64,000 nucleotides of DNA from Candidatus Latescibacterota bacterium (GTDB lineage Bacteria > Latescibacterota > UBA2968 > UBA8231), in the NCBI GenBank assembly GCA_965208105.1, contig OZ242318.1, forward strand, positions 2,496,001 through 2,560,000. The letters are read 5' to 3'. Shown here piece by piece: positions 32,326 to 42,943 of this stretch. The position numbers and the translations under genes were made by a program. Numbering within the stretch: the first letter of the stretch is position 1; each line of letters opens with the position of its first letter. The notes beneath the pieces were generated by a model, which searched no databases, had not been told where the DNA came from, and saw only the letters and a program-made list of their open reading frames with translations.

Positions 32326-33291
32326 TTATCTCTCAGTGATTACCCAATATTGGGTCCCGTCGGTTTGAATTTCAATATGGCCATATTCCCAGGTCCGATA
32401 GATTTCCATGCTGGTCGCCTTCAACTGATTGTAAACCCGCTCCCCGTTTGGGTTGTTCACTGAAAGACCCCGAGGCATAGAAGCCACGCCGACTCTTGCA
32501 TTCACAGCCTTAGCCCATGCTTCGCTGGTGCTACCGGCTCCGGCATGATGGCCTATCTTTAGAACGTCGGAGGTCAAATCTTTTCCCAACGCCATGATAC
32601 GGTCTTCTTGTTCAAAGCCCGAATCCCCTGCAAGCATCATAGAGAAGTCCTTGTAGATGAGCCGCGTGACAATTGAATTATTGTTAATATAGTTTGGGAC
32701 CTCCAACTCCGGCTCTGCCACTGACAAAACATCACCGAAAACACCGTCACCCAGGTCGAACATCTCTGCCTGTTTAACTTCAATCATAGGTATCTTCTTT
32801 TTCGCACAGCCCTCTCTTATCTCCTGCACCATCTTTATGTAGATTGGCGCCCAACGCTCCGCCTCCAGGAGTTTCTCATCGGGTACAGGCGACCACAGAA
32901 AAGCCTTAACCTCCACATCTTCTGACAGAAGGATTTCTGGCATTCCCCCAATATGGTCATCATGAATATGGCTGGCCATCATCCAGTCTATGGTGCTGAT
33001 GCCCCGCTGTCTCAGAAAGGACAATATCAAGTTTGTGCCATAACTGGGCTCTTTCCCGTTCGGATGAACAAAGTCAGAGGGCCATGAGGAATCGATGAGC
33101 ATAGTTTTGCCGCCAGGTGTAAGTATAAGAATCGCCTCGCATACAAACCCTTCAGGTGTTGCTGCGTTTTCATTATTGACGTTGAGCGTGATTATCCGCA
33201 GCAGGCTTTCTTCCCCGCCTTTGCTGAGACGTGGTGGCTCTTGGACCAGTTTGGCGCCCTGGTCTCTCCCATCTAGCAAGGTATAATTCAT
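32326..33291 (-). CDS. MBL-fold hydrolase (ComEC/Rec2-like beta-lactamase domain)
   Basis: SHIHDDHIGG, NNNSIV, GD, LKIGHH; markedly AT-richer. Confidence 0.8.
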   Translation of the reverse strand: MNYTLLDGRDQGAKLVQEPPRLSKGGEESLLRIITLNVNNENAATPEGFVCEAILILTPGGKTMLIDSSWPSDFVHPNGKEPSYGTNLILSFLRQRGISTIDWMMASHIHDDHIGGMPEILLSEDVEVKAFLWSPVPDEKLLEAERWAPIYIKMVQEIREGCAKKKIPMIEVKQAEMFDLGDGVFGDVLSVAEPELEVPNYINNNSIVTRLIYKDFSMMLAGDSGFEQEDRIMALGKDLTSDVLKIGHHAGAGSTSEAWAKAVNARVGVASMPRGLSVNNPNGERVYNQLKATSMEIYRTWEYGHIEIQTDGTQYWVITER

Positions 33292-33365
33292 GTTGGCTTT
33301 ATTTTCTCCTTTTTCAGCTTCTCAACTGCTTTGTTTCCACGAATCGAGGACCACATTGGTCCGAT

Positions 33366-34847
33366 TCACGAGCCGAATCTGTAAGAGTAAAGAACCCCGG
33401 GGCCGTCGACGCGGAAATGCAATCGCACCGTTTGATCTACAAACCGTCCCGGGTTGTTGCGTTGCGTTCCCCAGGTAATCTCGAAATCGGTCTGGTCGTC
33501 GCGCGTAAGCCCGTTGCAGGCCTCAAACCCGTATCCATCTGGCACCTCTGCGTCGCAAACGACACGAACGAGAATGCGCCCGTTCTCGCTTGACCCCTTG
33601 GTGCCGAAGACGCTGGCGTTTAGGAACAGCCGCGGAGCTTCGACCCGCACCGGTTCGGTCATCAGCTCGCCACCTCCCCCCGTGCACATCCCCACGAAGC
33701 CATCCTTGCGCAGAGTCGCAAGACCGATGGCCGCCTGAAATCTGTCATCGCTGCCGTGACGGCGCATGCCCGAATACCAAATGTGCAGGGTATTGTCTTT
33801 GAGTATGGGCGGATTCAGTGACGAGGATACCCAGCCGTTGTCCCATGCACCCGGGGATCCGATGGGCAGGAACGCTTCGCGCCGTGCCACCCGGCTCCAC
33901 TTCATGATGTCGCGGGCGGTGGCAAGTTCCGTCGCACCCTGGCCGGTTCCGGTGTAGAAAACCGCAAGAAACCCCAAGTACTGATTGCCGTAGACAAACG
34001 GCGTCATCAGCTCGAATTGGTCGCGCTCGTCGTCGAGGTCGTCCGGTTTCAGCACCGTTTGCATTGGCGTCCAGTGTGTGAAGTCTGCGCTCGTGCTCAG
34101 GGCGACCACTTTGCGGTACTGCTTCCACTGCAGAATGAAGTGATCAGCGATCGTGCCGGCGCGCCGAGACACTGCTATGTAACGCCGTTTCCCCGGATCA
34201 AAGAGTACGGCGCCGCCATCTCCCGATCTGGGGATAGCCGGTTCTTCATCCAGGGTCCAATGGATGCCGTCGGGCGAGTGGGCGGTGTACATTCCGTGCC
34301 TGTCGAGAACCGATTCAAAGTATCTCCGGCGCGCTTCTGGTGCAGCGCCTATCCCCGCTCTGGGAACATTGCCGGGGCGCTCCTGGTAATACCCCATCCT
34401 GTAACTCCGTTGCGGATCCGTTGCGTCGTCATCCTTGATGATCCCCCACGGATGCAGCGAGCTGTGTTCCGGGGGCGTTTCAGGCGTGGGATAGACGATG
34501 TTGTTGGCCTTGGAGCCGCGCCATACGCAGATGCCGAGCTCGGGCTTGTGCCAGCCAACGCCGTCCGGGGACGTGGCGTAACAGATGTACTTCTGCCCCT
34601 CATTCCCTGCGCCGGCGGGACCGTGAGTGAAATACCACATCTTGAAGAGGTTGTCGTTGCGGTCGTAAAGGACCGAACCCCACATCTGCACCGCTCTGCC
34701 CTCCCACGGTTGGTCGGCGCGCAGCACCGGCTCGACCTGCATCCGCGCCGGTTGCTGCACCTTGCGCACGAAGCCGGGATGATCCTGGATCTCGGCATCA
34801 TCCACGAAGAGGTGTAATCCTGGATCGTAGAGATCGCGGACCGTCAT
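33366..34847 (-). CDS. Glycoside hydrolase-like beta-propeller protein
   Basis: HLFVDD, FKMWY, SPDGIHW, LRKDGFV. Confidence 0.7.
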   Translation of the reverse strand: MTVRDLYDPGLHLFVDDAEIQDHPGFVRKVQQPARMQVEPVLRADQPWEGRAVQMWGSVLYDRNDNLFKMWYFTHGPAGAGNEGQKYICYATSPDGVGWHKPELGICVWRGSKANNIVYPTPETPPEHSSLHPWGIIKDDDATDPQRSYRMGYYQERPGNVPRAGIGAAPEARRRYFESVLDRHGMYTAHSPDGIHWTLDEEPAIPRSGDGGAVLFDPGKRRYIAVSRRAGTIADHFILQWKQYRKVVALSTSADFTHWTPMQTVLKPDDLDDERDQFELMTPFVYGNQYLGFLAVFYTGTGQGATELATARDIMKWSRVARREAFLPIGSPGAWDNGWVSSSLNPPILKDNTLHIWYSGMRRHGSDDRFQAAIGLATLRKDGFVGMCTGGGGELMTEPVRVEAPRLFLNASVFGTKGSSENGRILVRVVCDAEVPDGYGFEACNGLTRDDQTDFEITWGTQRNNPGRFVDQTVRLHFRVDGPGVLYSYRFGS

Positions 34848-34853
34848 AGGCGC

Positions 34854-35012
34854 TCAGATAATTTCGTGGTGTGTAACCCAGTACTCGATGAAGGCGAGGT
34901 CGGCATCGAGGCTGCCGTCGATGACCCAGTTCCGGCCCCAGTCCTCTACCTGCGCTTCCATGCCCAACCGCCACAGGAGCCGCACCGGCACGAAGAGCTC
35001 AACGGCTCGCAG
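34854..35012 (-). pseudogene. 3' gene fragment cut at the second-type ori end
   Basis: RAVELFVPVR...YWVTHHEII* with no start. Confidence 0.4.
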
Positions 35013-35090
35013 AAGTATAGGAAGAATAAACACCGTTATCGGTAGTCGCGGCAAGCCAGCGGGTATGTGATCCTGTCCACCAGGCATTTG
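35013..35090 (-). mobile_element. oriIS-like end of a second, different ISCR-type element
   Basis: Minus strand GGTGTTTATTCTTCCTATACTT(C); shares CCTATACTT with the main repeat, the rest is unrelated. Confidence 0.65.
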
Positions 35091-35272
35091 AAGTATAGGT
35101 AAAATGAGGCACCTTTTTGGCCCTCTTGTCAAGGCGCCGAACACACCCAAGGGGCACAGGGTAAGCTTGCTGATGGTCGATACCAGCGGCCCACCACGCG
35201 CAGAAACACCGCCAGTACCTTCGAGACCCACTCGCCGTCGTAGGCGAGGCGGTAACGAATCGAGAGGGAGAG
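35091..35272 (-). mobile_element. ISCR-like copy 6 (intact ori fused to an N-proximal transposase piece)
   Basis: 85 bp of repeat, then IRYRLAYDGEWVSKVLAVFLRVVGRWYR, overlapping the start of the piece in copy 11. Confidence 0.85.
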
Positions 35273-35273
35273 G

Positions 35274-37703
35274 TTAGGGTACCCGCTTGCCGGTGCGCAG
35301 AAAGGTGATGTAGCGGCGCCGGTACTCCGCTTTGTAATCCGCGACGGCCTGCTCGTAACTCAACTGAGGTGCGTCGGCGATCGTGGCACCAACCAGTACC
35401 AGTTCGCGGGCCGCCAGTGGGAATAAGACGTGGCCGTCCTGCACGCGAATCTCGCTGCCGTCCAACTCGGCACGCTGCACATCGAAGAACCACGGTACCC
35501 GCACCCGCACCTGCTTCGGCGCCCAACGATATGCCGCGGGCAGGCGGATAATGATACGGTCGTTGTAGCGCTTCACCGTGAAGCTGAGCGGCCCGAACGA
35601 GGTGGGGGCATCACGGACCTCGAGGGGATTGTCCGGCTGCAGCCACTCGGGCGACAGGGCGGAGAGCAGGACGAGGTCCTCGCCCTGTTCGCGCACCAGC
35701 ATGTTGCGAATCAGCTCGATGGTCTTTGCCCCGGTAAGCCCCTGAGGTAGAAGATTGTGGGCGTGGTTCACCTCGCGGGTGCTCCACGGTATGGTGCCAA
35801 ACTCGCCCGGTAGATGGGTCGAGGTCGTGTGCAACAGCAGGGCATACAGAATGCGCACCGCTTCTTCCTGGTCAGCCAGGTGTCCCCGCACCAGCAGAGT
35901 TTGCGCATTGTTGGGCGACTGCCAGTAGTGGATGCCGGGTTGTTCGTTGTAGCGGATCTCATCGCCCTCCTCCGCGATCGCCATTGGCCAGGTGTAGGCG
36001 AGCAGACCTTCCTGGTAGCGTGCACGGGTGGTGTTCAGGGTAGCGTCGACGCGCGGGTCCTCCGGATCAAACAGTACCTCGGGGTACAGCGTCAGCAAGT
36101 TGTCCCAGTCGTTACCCGCCGTGGTGCGATCAAGTGCCGGCGGGATGTAACCACCGGTCAGCGCCGTCTGCTTCTCCAGCAGCCGCTCGAACGCCGCACG
36201 GAAGCGCTGCGCCTGCGCCTCGAAACGAGCCGCCTCGTCGGACCTGCCCATCTCCCGGGCCATGAAAACGGCGTGCCGCAGACCGATAAGGGCCCAAAAG
36301 TGCTGGCCCGTCTGGCGGCAATCCTTGAGGTAGGCATCGTCGGAAATCGTGGTCGTTGGAAAGACCCCAAACTCGTCGGCAGCGGTGATACGCTCGTGCC
36401 ACGCCACAGCTCTCAGCACCCCGGGATAGACGGTCTCGAGAAAGGTTCGGTCGCGGGTGAGCTGGTAGTGGCGACCCCAGTTCCACAGGTTCCAACCGAA
36501 CAGCTCCCAGTACCGCGGTTCCTCCTCGTCGTCGAACATGGGAAAAACTCCGTCAGGACGTTGCCTGGAGAGGAAGTACAGGAGCGCTTGCCGCGAGTCG
36601 TCGAGCAGTCCCATCAGTTCAAACGCGTGGACCATGGTGCCGGTGTCGCAGCCGCCGTACCAGTGGTGATACTGGAACTTGTTGACGTTGACGACCGTGT
36701 CATCGCCGATCTGATCGATGGCCAGCAGGTTCGAAACGGTGTTGGCCAGCAGATACTCCTGCACCTTCGCCTCGGGGAAACTGAACGGAGCGACCGCCGC
36801 GACCTTACCCTCCCAGAACGCCATCGTCTCCCGGAAGAGGGCATCGATGTCGGCGCCCCGGACCTGGCTGGCCGCGGACGAGTCGCCGGGTAGTGGCGTC
36901 AGCGGCAACCTGAAATCCAGCGACCTGCTCTGACCGGCCCCCAGCGGCAGGCAATAGATCGTCACCCCGAGCGGCGCGTGGGCGTCGAAGTGGTATTGCC
37001 GTTCCGACCCCGCCACACCAGGGCCGCGCTCGCCCTCGACCTCACCGGAGAAAAACCGCACCATGCGGACAGCCGCATCCCCCAGCGCCATGGTTCGTTT
37101 GGGCGCCGGGTCGGTCGGGAAGACGTATAACATGCGGTCGTCGCGCAGCAGCGCGTCGCTGCACCATGCGTAAGTCCAGGACGGGTCATAGTCCGTTTGT
37201 CCCTCGACCAGCTCTCGCTGGAGATGCTCCGTTTTTTGTCGAAAGCGGTAATCGGGCACGCCCCGGCTGTAGATCGTGTTTGCCGGTGCGCTGAATCGCC
37301 AGGCGGCGCTCACGTGCGGCGTGCGCGGTTCCGAAGTCAGCGTGTTCGTCACCGTGACACGCAGGAAGCTGACTGGCATTCCCCGCAGATCCCCGCCAAG
37401 GTCAGCGGCAAAACACTGGAAGAAGTACCTGACTCCGTCCCGATCGAGATCGTACTCGATCACGGGCAGGTAGCCGCGGTTACGGGTGCGGATGCGGGCT
37501 TCGACCGGCTCGGGCGGATTCCCGGTAAAGACCATCAATTCGCCGAACCCTGTGTAGAGATATCCTTCCGGGGTAACCTCCACCGCCACCGGCGCCCCCC
37601 AGGCACCCAAAACATCGTTCGGGTGTGCGAAGTACGAGAAGGGCTTGTCCGGAGGATCCATCCGTTCGGGATCCACCATGCCCAACGATTCGGTATTTAT
37701 CAT
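35274..37703 (-). CDS. Large hypothetical protein, probable (alpha/alpha)6 glycosidase-like fold
   Basis: 809 aa; YFLSRQRPDG, HYQLTRDRTFLETVYP, DPRVDATL. Confidence 0.6.
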   Translation of the reverse strand: MINTESLGMVDPERMDPPDKPFSYFAHPNDVLGAWGAPVAVEVTPEGYLYTGFGELMVFTGNPPEPVEARIRTRNRGYLPVIEYDLDRDGVRYFFQCFAADLGGDLRGMPVSFLRVTVTNTLTSEPRTPHVSAAWRFSAPANTIYSRGVPDYRFRQKTEHLQRELVEGQTDYDPSWTYAWCSDALLRDDRMLYVFPTDPAPKRTMALGDAAVRMVRFFSGEVEGERGPGVAGSERQYHFDAHAPLGVTIYCLPLGAGQSRSLDFRLPLTPLPGDSSAASQVRGADIDALFRETMAFWEGKVAAVAPFSFPEAKVQEYLLANTVSNLLAIDQIGDDTVVNVNKFQYHHWYGGCDTGTMVHAFELMGLLDDSRQALLYFLSRQRPDGVFPMFDDEEEPRYWELFGWNLWNWGRHYQLTRDRTFLETVYPGVLRAVAWHERITAADEFGVFPTTTISDDAYLKDCRQTGQHFWALIGLRHAVFMAREMGRSDEAARFEAQAQRFRAAFERLLEKQTALTGGYIPPALDRTTAGNDWDNLLTLYPEVLFDPEDPRVDATLNTTRARYQEGLLAYTWPMAIAEEGDEIRYNEQPGIHYWQSPNNAQTLLVRGHLADQEEAVRILYALLLHTTSTHLPGEFGTIPWSTREVNHAHNLLPQGLTGAKTIELIRNMLVREQGEDLVLLSALSPEWLQPDNPLEVRDAPTSFGPLSFTVKRYNDRIIIRLPAAYRWAPKQVRVRVPWFFDVQRAELDGSEIRVQDGHVLFPLAARELVLVGATIADAPQLSYEQAVADYKAEYRRRYITFLRTGKRVP

Positions 37704-37721
37704 GGGTTGATCCCCTGCGAA

Positions 37722-38528
37722 TCAGGCGGGCGACCGGATCGCTTTGACGATCTCCTTGGTGTTGGTGATGTGGGTTATTGCCATCAACTCCAAGGTTTCC
37801 GGGGATAGACTCGCTCGGGTCTCTTCCGACAGGTCGACAACATCGATGCCGTAGTGCTGCGGATAGTACCGCAGGGCCAGGGTGCAACGATCCCGCTCGG
37901 CCGGCTTCCAGGGCAGGGTGCCGTGAGTGAGCAACTCGGAGATGATGACGAAATCACCGGCGCGCGGGGTAAGATTCACTACGCCGGGAGGGATGTCTGC
38001 CGTGATTTTATTGCCGCCATAAAACAGGTCGCGGGGACGTTCGAACTGTGATTTGTGGGAGCCGGGAACGACAATAAGGCCGCCGTCGCCGGGGAAAACG
38101 TCCGTGAGGTACGGGAAGACCACCAGATTGTCGCAGAAGATGCGGCCGTCTTCGATTGTATAGCGCGTGCCCGGCCCCTCCCAATCTTCGCGGGCGCAGT
38201 GCAGGTTGGTGCCCTCGTTTTTTCTGTCGACGAGCAATGTGCCGCTGCCGAAACGCGGCTTGTCGTGGGTGAGATCGCAAATGATGGGCAAAGTAACCGG
38301 ATGTCTGGTCAGGATTTCGAGAGCCTCGTCGAAGGCAAAGCCGTTGTCGTAGCCGTAAAACCCCGGCTCCAGCTCACGACAACCAAAGTCATGAGGCAGC
38401 TGCTCGGGCGGGGTGCTGACATAGCGCTTGACCGCCTCCTGTGCCCGGCGCAGTTCCTCGTCGCTGAGGGCGTTTTCGAGATGCAGGTAGCCGGTCACGT
38501 CGAAGAGATAGCGCTGTTCGGGCGTCAT
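37722..38528 (-). CDS. PhyH-family dioxygenase
   Basis: MTPEQRYLFDVTGYLHL, DGGLIVVPGSHK, LTHGTLPW. Confidence 0.85.
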   Translation of the reverse strand: MTPEQRYLFDVTGYLHLENALSDEELRRAQEAVKRYVSTPPEQLPHDFGCRELEPGFYGYDNGFAFDEALEILTRHPVTLPIICDLTHDKPRFGSGTLLVDRKNEGTNLHCAREDWEGPGTRYTIEDGRIFCDNLVVFPYLTDVFPGDGGLIVVPGSHKSQFERPRDLFYGGNKITADIPPGVVNLTPRAGDFVIISELLTHGTLPWKPAERDRCTLALRYYPQHYGIDVVDLSEETRASLSPETLELMAITHITNTKEIVKAIRSPA

Positions 38529-38768
38529 TGCGGGTCCTTTCGTTGTTGGCCGCCGCGAGCTCGTTCGGTTACTCAAAACCGCGACGCGGTGTGATCATCG
38601 AGGGTCCAGAAGCCCCGGAGCTACAGAAAAATCGGATTCGACCACGCATATCCGTCTTCGCCGTCCCAGATCTCGCCGCGGAAATAGCACCCTGCCGGCA
38701 TCGGGTTGCTGATGAAGCCTAGTTCCCGCATTCCCGCGATCAGGGCCTCGGTCCGCGCCGGCGTCGCC

Positions 38769-39043
38769 AAGTATAGGTAAAATGAGGCACCTTTTTGGCC
38801 CTCTTGTCAATGCGCCGAACACACCCAAGGGGCACAGGGTAAGCTTGCTGATGATCGTTTGCAGGTCGTTGGGCAGGGCTCGCAGTACGGTTTGGTTGTC
38901 TGTGGGCCCGTATCGGGTCCAATCCGGTACTCGATGAGGCCATTCAGGACGCACTTCTCCCTACGGCTCTCGGCGCAGGGAGCGAATCGCGGATGAGATC
39001 AGGCGGCGAACTCGAACTGCGGCTGCGGCGGGGCCCTCGGCGG
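38769..39043 (-). mobile_element. ISCR-like copy 7 (intact ori, full 3' UTR, last transposase codons)
   Basis: Repeat identity; PRAPPQPQFEFAA*. Confidence 0.9.
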
Positions 39044-39424
39044 CGAATATCTTGACCATCGGGGTGATGAGGCCGTACATTCCGTAGGCGCAGATCTTTG
39101 TTGGCATCCGTGATCCCCTCTCCTATCAGTTCAAACGCAGACCCAGAGAACCGTCTGACCCCTGTTGCGACCAATCTACGCGGCCGGGATCGGCCAGGGC
39201 AGCGGCTGCGGATTCCACGCCTGCGCTTTCAATGCCATAGAAAGCTTGGCGATTTCCGGCATCGGCGCCAGTGAGCGCGAGAATCCCGCTGCGAGGTAGC
39301 AGCGATGTCGGGGTTTTGGCACTTTTGAGTGTTCAACCGGGGCCGGCGACGGGTTGACGGCGCAGCGACTCGAACTGCAGGATGAACCTGCCAGACAGAA
39401 AGCCGTTGCCGAGCAGGATTGCGA

Positions 39425-40222
39425 ATGAACGAAAAAGAGCGGTTTCTGTTCGACCTGCGGGGTTACGTGGTCGTGGAGGATGCGCTCGCTCCTTCCGATT
39501 TGATCGCTGCCAATGCCGCGGTCGACCACCACCTCCATTTGATCCGGAAGCGGGAACCCGGACTCGCCCAGGGCGGGGAAAACCTGGTGGCGGCGACCGG
39601 TAGGGGGGAATTCCGACAGGATCCGCTGACGTTCGAACGTCCCTGGTGCGAACCGTTCCGGGAGATGCTGACTCATCCGGCGATCGTCGACATCTTCAAC
39701 GAACTTCTGGGCCCGGGATTCCGTCTGGATCACGGTCCCGGTCTCATCCAGATGGACAATACCACCGAAGGCCACCGGCTGCACGGCGGCATGACCTTCG
39801 ATCCCAGCCAGTACCATGGTTTCAGTCATGGCAGAATGCACTGCGGGCTCTGTGTCGCCGCCTGGCAGTTGACCGATGTGGAGCCCGGGGATGGCGGGTT
39901 CGCCTGTATTCCGGGCAGCCACAAGGCCAATTACAAACCGCCGCTGGAGGTGCTGAAACTCGACCAGGACTGGGGCTGCGTCGAGCAGGTGGCGGCGCCC
40001 GCCGGGGCACTGGTCATCTTCAACGAGGCCCTGGTTCACGGCACGCTGCCGTGGAGACCGCCCGATCGCCTGCGTCGCTCGGTCCTGTTCAAGTATTCCC
40101 CAGGGTTCATCTCCTGGGGCGCCCCACACCAACAATGCCCGATCGCCGATGCGACCCCCGAGGAAGCCGCACTCTACGAGCCGCCGCGGCGAACCGACCG
40201 CCCCGAACTGGGGGGAGCTTGA
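39425..40222 (+). CDS. PhyH-family dioxygenase
   Basis: FDLRGY, LHGG, DGGFACIPGSHK, LVHGTLPW. Confidence 0.85.
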   Translation: MNEKERFLFDLRGYVVVEDALAPSDLIAANAAVDHHLHLIRKREPGLAQGGENLVAATGRGEFRQDPLTFERPWCEPFREMLTHPAIVDIFNELLGPGFRLDHGPGLIQMDNTTEGHRLHGGMTFDPSQYHGFSHGRMHCGLCVAAWQLTDVEPGDGGFACIPGSHKANYKPPLEVLKLDQDWGCVEQVAAPAGALVIFNEALVHGTLPWRPPDRLRRSVLFKYSPGFISWGAPHQQCPIADATPEEAALYEPPRRTDRPELGGA

Positions 40223-40351
40223 GGCGCCGCCTCGTCTGGCGTACTCGACCGACAACCGGAGCTTGCCGGGTGGTTGCTTTTTTGGTTAGGTATGGCCCGC
40301 CTCGACGTCACCTTCATCGCCACCAGAGCCCCCGCGGAGAAGACCGGAATC

Positions 40352-41674
40352 ATGCCTCAACCCAACATCCTTTTCATCCTTGCGGACGACTTGGGATGGG
40401 CTGATTTGGGAATGCATGGCGCTCCCGTATCGACCCCCAACATCGACCTGCTTGCCAAAGAGGGCGTGGAATTGATGGCCCACTACGTCTGCCCCATGTG
40501 CACGCCGACGCGGGCGTCGCTGCTGACCGGACGTCACCCCAGTCGTTTTGGACCCAACCCCACTTCGCCAACAAACCTACCGGTGCTGCCGGACGGGTAC
40601 GAAACCCTGGCGACACTGCTGCGAGACGCCGGCTACGATACCGGGTTGTTCGGCAAGTGGCATCTCGGCTCCAGCCCCCAGTTCGGACCCAACCACTACG
40701 GGTTCAACAGATCGTATGGCTCGCTGGCCGGCGGCGTGGATCCATTCAACCACTTCTACAAGGAAGGCGAGTATTCGACCACCTGGCACCGCAACGGCGA
40801 GCTTCTGGAAGAGCGCGGTCACGTTACTGACCTGATCGTGCGCGAAGCCCGCGAGTGGATCGAGAGCCGCGAGCAACCGTGGTTTTGCTACGTTCCGTTC
40901 ACCGCGGTGCACGTACCGATCAAACCCACCTCCGAATGGTACGCGCGATATGCCGGGGAGCAATTCGATGAGGACCCGCTGCGCGACCTCTCCTACAAGA
41001 AATACGCCGCCTATACCAGCCACATGGACCATGGGGTCGGTCTGTTGCTCGACAGCCTGGAGATCACCTGCCAACGCCAGGACACTATCGTCGTGTTCGC
41101 CTCCGACAACGGCGCTATAAACGATTGCCCGCTCCACGGAACGGACAAATATCCCGGCTGGCAGGTCGACTACCCGCGACTGGGTTCGAACCTGCCCTTT
41201 CGCGGTGTGAAGGCGCAACTCTACGAGGGCGGAATCCGCACTCCAACCATCGTCAACTGGCAGGGCAAGCTCGATCCTGGCGTGCGCGACCGACCGGTGC
41301 AGGTGGTGGATTGGATGCCGACGTTCATGGCTATGCTGAACCTGCAACCCCAGCGCGAACACCAGTTTGACGGCGTCGACATATGGCCGCTGATCTCTGC
41401 CAACAAGCCGGGGCCCGCACGCAATCTCTTCTGGAATTTCCGCGGTGATCGGGCATTGGGTTTGAGACACGGCGATTGGAAGCTGATCGACACTGCCGCG
41501 GAGAACGGTCGTGTGCGGGAGTTGTTCAACATCGCCGAGGATCCCGGGGAAGAAAAAGATCTGGCCTCAGAAAGGGCTGACCTGGTTGCGGAGCTGAGCG
41601 AATTGATCGAACAGGAACGCCGGCTGGACGGCAGCGAAGCGCGACCCGACGTGACCGACTACGAGGATATGTAG
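40352..41674 (+). CDS. Formylglycine-dependent sulfatase
   Basis: PNILFILADDLG, CTPTRASLLTG, GKWHLG. Confidence 0.92.
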   Translation: MPQPNILFILADDLGWADLGMHGAPVSTPNIDLLAKEGVELMAHYVCPMCTPTRASLLTGRHPSRFGPNPTSPTNLPVLPDGYETLATLLRDAGYDTGLFGKWHLGSSPQFGPNHYGFNRSYGSLAGGVDPFNHFYKEGEYSTTWHRNGELLEERGHVTDLIVREAREWIESREQPWFCYVPFTAVHVPIKPTSEWYARYAGEQFDEDPLRDLSYKKYAAYTSHMDHGVGLLLDSLEITCQRQDTIVVFASDNGAINDCPLHGTDKYPGWQVDYPRLGSNLPFRGVKAQLYEGGIRTPTIVNWQGKLDPGVRDRPVQVVDWMPTFMAMLNLQPQREHQFDGVDIWPLISANKPGPARNLFWNFRGDRALGLRHGDWKLIDTAAENGRVRELFNIAEDPGEEKDLASERADLVAELSELIEQERRLDGSEARPDVTDYEDM

Positions 41675-41699
41675 AGGCGCCGGGGCTTCTTGCCGTTCC

Positions 41700-42116
41700 C
41701 GTTTGTCCTGTCCACGGGAAGGCTCCATGAAACTTCAAAGCAAAACCGTCCAGCATCTCTTCATCCGGTTGCTCGGGGAAGATACCTCCTTTGGTGGCCC
41801 CGGCTGCGTTTATCAGGATGTCGCATCGTCCGATTGCCCCGAGCGGAGCTTTGGTGGCCTCCTGGCAGCTGGTCAGCTCGCGCAAGTCGGCGGCATGGAA
41901 CGCCGTCTCCACGTACGGAAAGGTGTGATTCGGGTAGTTGTCGTAATAACGGAGGGCGTAGTTGCGGTACTGAGGTCCGTCCTGGCGCAGAAACGGTTGG
42001 GATGGATGCTCTTGTTGTAGCCTGACACGTTCGCCAAGCGCGTCAGTTGCCGCCAACCCCACCCATGACACGAGAATGAGGGCGATTATCATCGGTCTGT
42101 CATGCTTCTTGTTCAC
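41700..42116 (-). pseudogene. Chimera of a secreted-protein N-terminus and an SDR internal fragment
   Basis: Signal peptide...NYPNHTFPYV, then AADL...CDILINAAG...LKFHGA. Confidence 0.6.
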
Positions 42117-42132
42117 ACTCGGACCCTGCCTG

Positions 42133-42933
42133 CTAGGCGGCGGCGAGACTGGTTTTCACGATCTCTTTCACATGCTTGAAACCCTGAAACTCGATGAGCT
42201 CGCGGGTCTCCGGCAGCAGCCTTTCCAGAACTACGTCAGGAATGCTGGTGGCTCCCCCTTCGTTCTGTGGTTTGTAGCGAAGTACCAGCGTCCGGCGATC
42301 GCGATCAGGCTTCCAAGGCAGGGTTCCGTGGGTCAATAGCTCGGAGATGATGACGATATCCCCTGCCTTCGGGGTTATATTCACCACCCCTTCTGGAATC
42401 TCATCGGTAATCTTTCCGTCGGGATAGAACATCTCGAGGGGTCGATCGAACTCCGCTTTGTGTGAGCCCGGCAACACTATCAAACCGCCGTCGCCGGGAT
42501 TCACGTCGGTGAGATACGGGAACACTACCAGATCGTCGCAGAAAATCTGGCCATTCCTGACTTCGTAACGGGTGCTGGGCCAACCGAAATCCTCGCGGGC
42601 GCAGTGCAGGCGAGTTCCGTGCTGCTTGCGGTTCACCAGAAGGGTGCCATTGGAGAGTCTGGGTCGTTCTCGCGTCAGCTCGAGTATGATCGGCCAGCTG
42701 GCTGGATGCATGGTGAGCTTCTCCAGTGCTCGATCGAAAGCAAAGCCGTACTCGAACCGGTACCATCCGTCGTCCTTGTGGTCGATGTTGAAACCGGGTG
42801 GAACCTCGTCGGGTTTCGTGTTGACGTAGCGCTCTGCCGCCTCCTGCGCGGCCGCGAGATCCTCGGGCTCGATGCCTCCCCTGAGGTGGAGATAACCGAA
42901 GATGTCGAAGAAATATCGTTGTTCGGGGGTCAT
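42133..42933 (-). CDS. PhyH-family dioxygenase
   Basis: MTPEQRYFFDIFGYLHL, PGSHK, LTHGTLPW. Confidence 0.85.
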   Translation of the reverse strand: MTPEQRYFFDIFGYLHLRGGIEPEDLAAAQEAAERYVNTKPDEVPPGFNIDHKDDGWYRFEYGFAFDRALEKLTMHPASWPIILELTRERPRLSNGTLLVNRKQHGTRLHCAREDFGWPSTRYEVRNGQIFCDDLVVFPYLTDVNPGDGGLIVLPGSHKAEFDRPLEMFYPDGKITDEIPEGVVNITPKAGDIVIISELLTHGTLPWKPDRDRRTLVLRYKPQNEGGATSIPDVVLERLLPETRELIEFQGFKHVKEIVKTSLAAA

Positions 42934-42943
42934 GGTCTCCTGC

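Noticed and set aside
32326-33291. comEC competence gene feeding DNA uptake into the array
   Set aside because: Only the soluble MBL domain is present, with no membrane competence domain.
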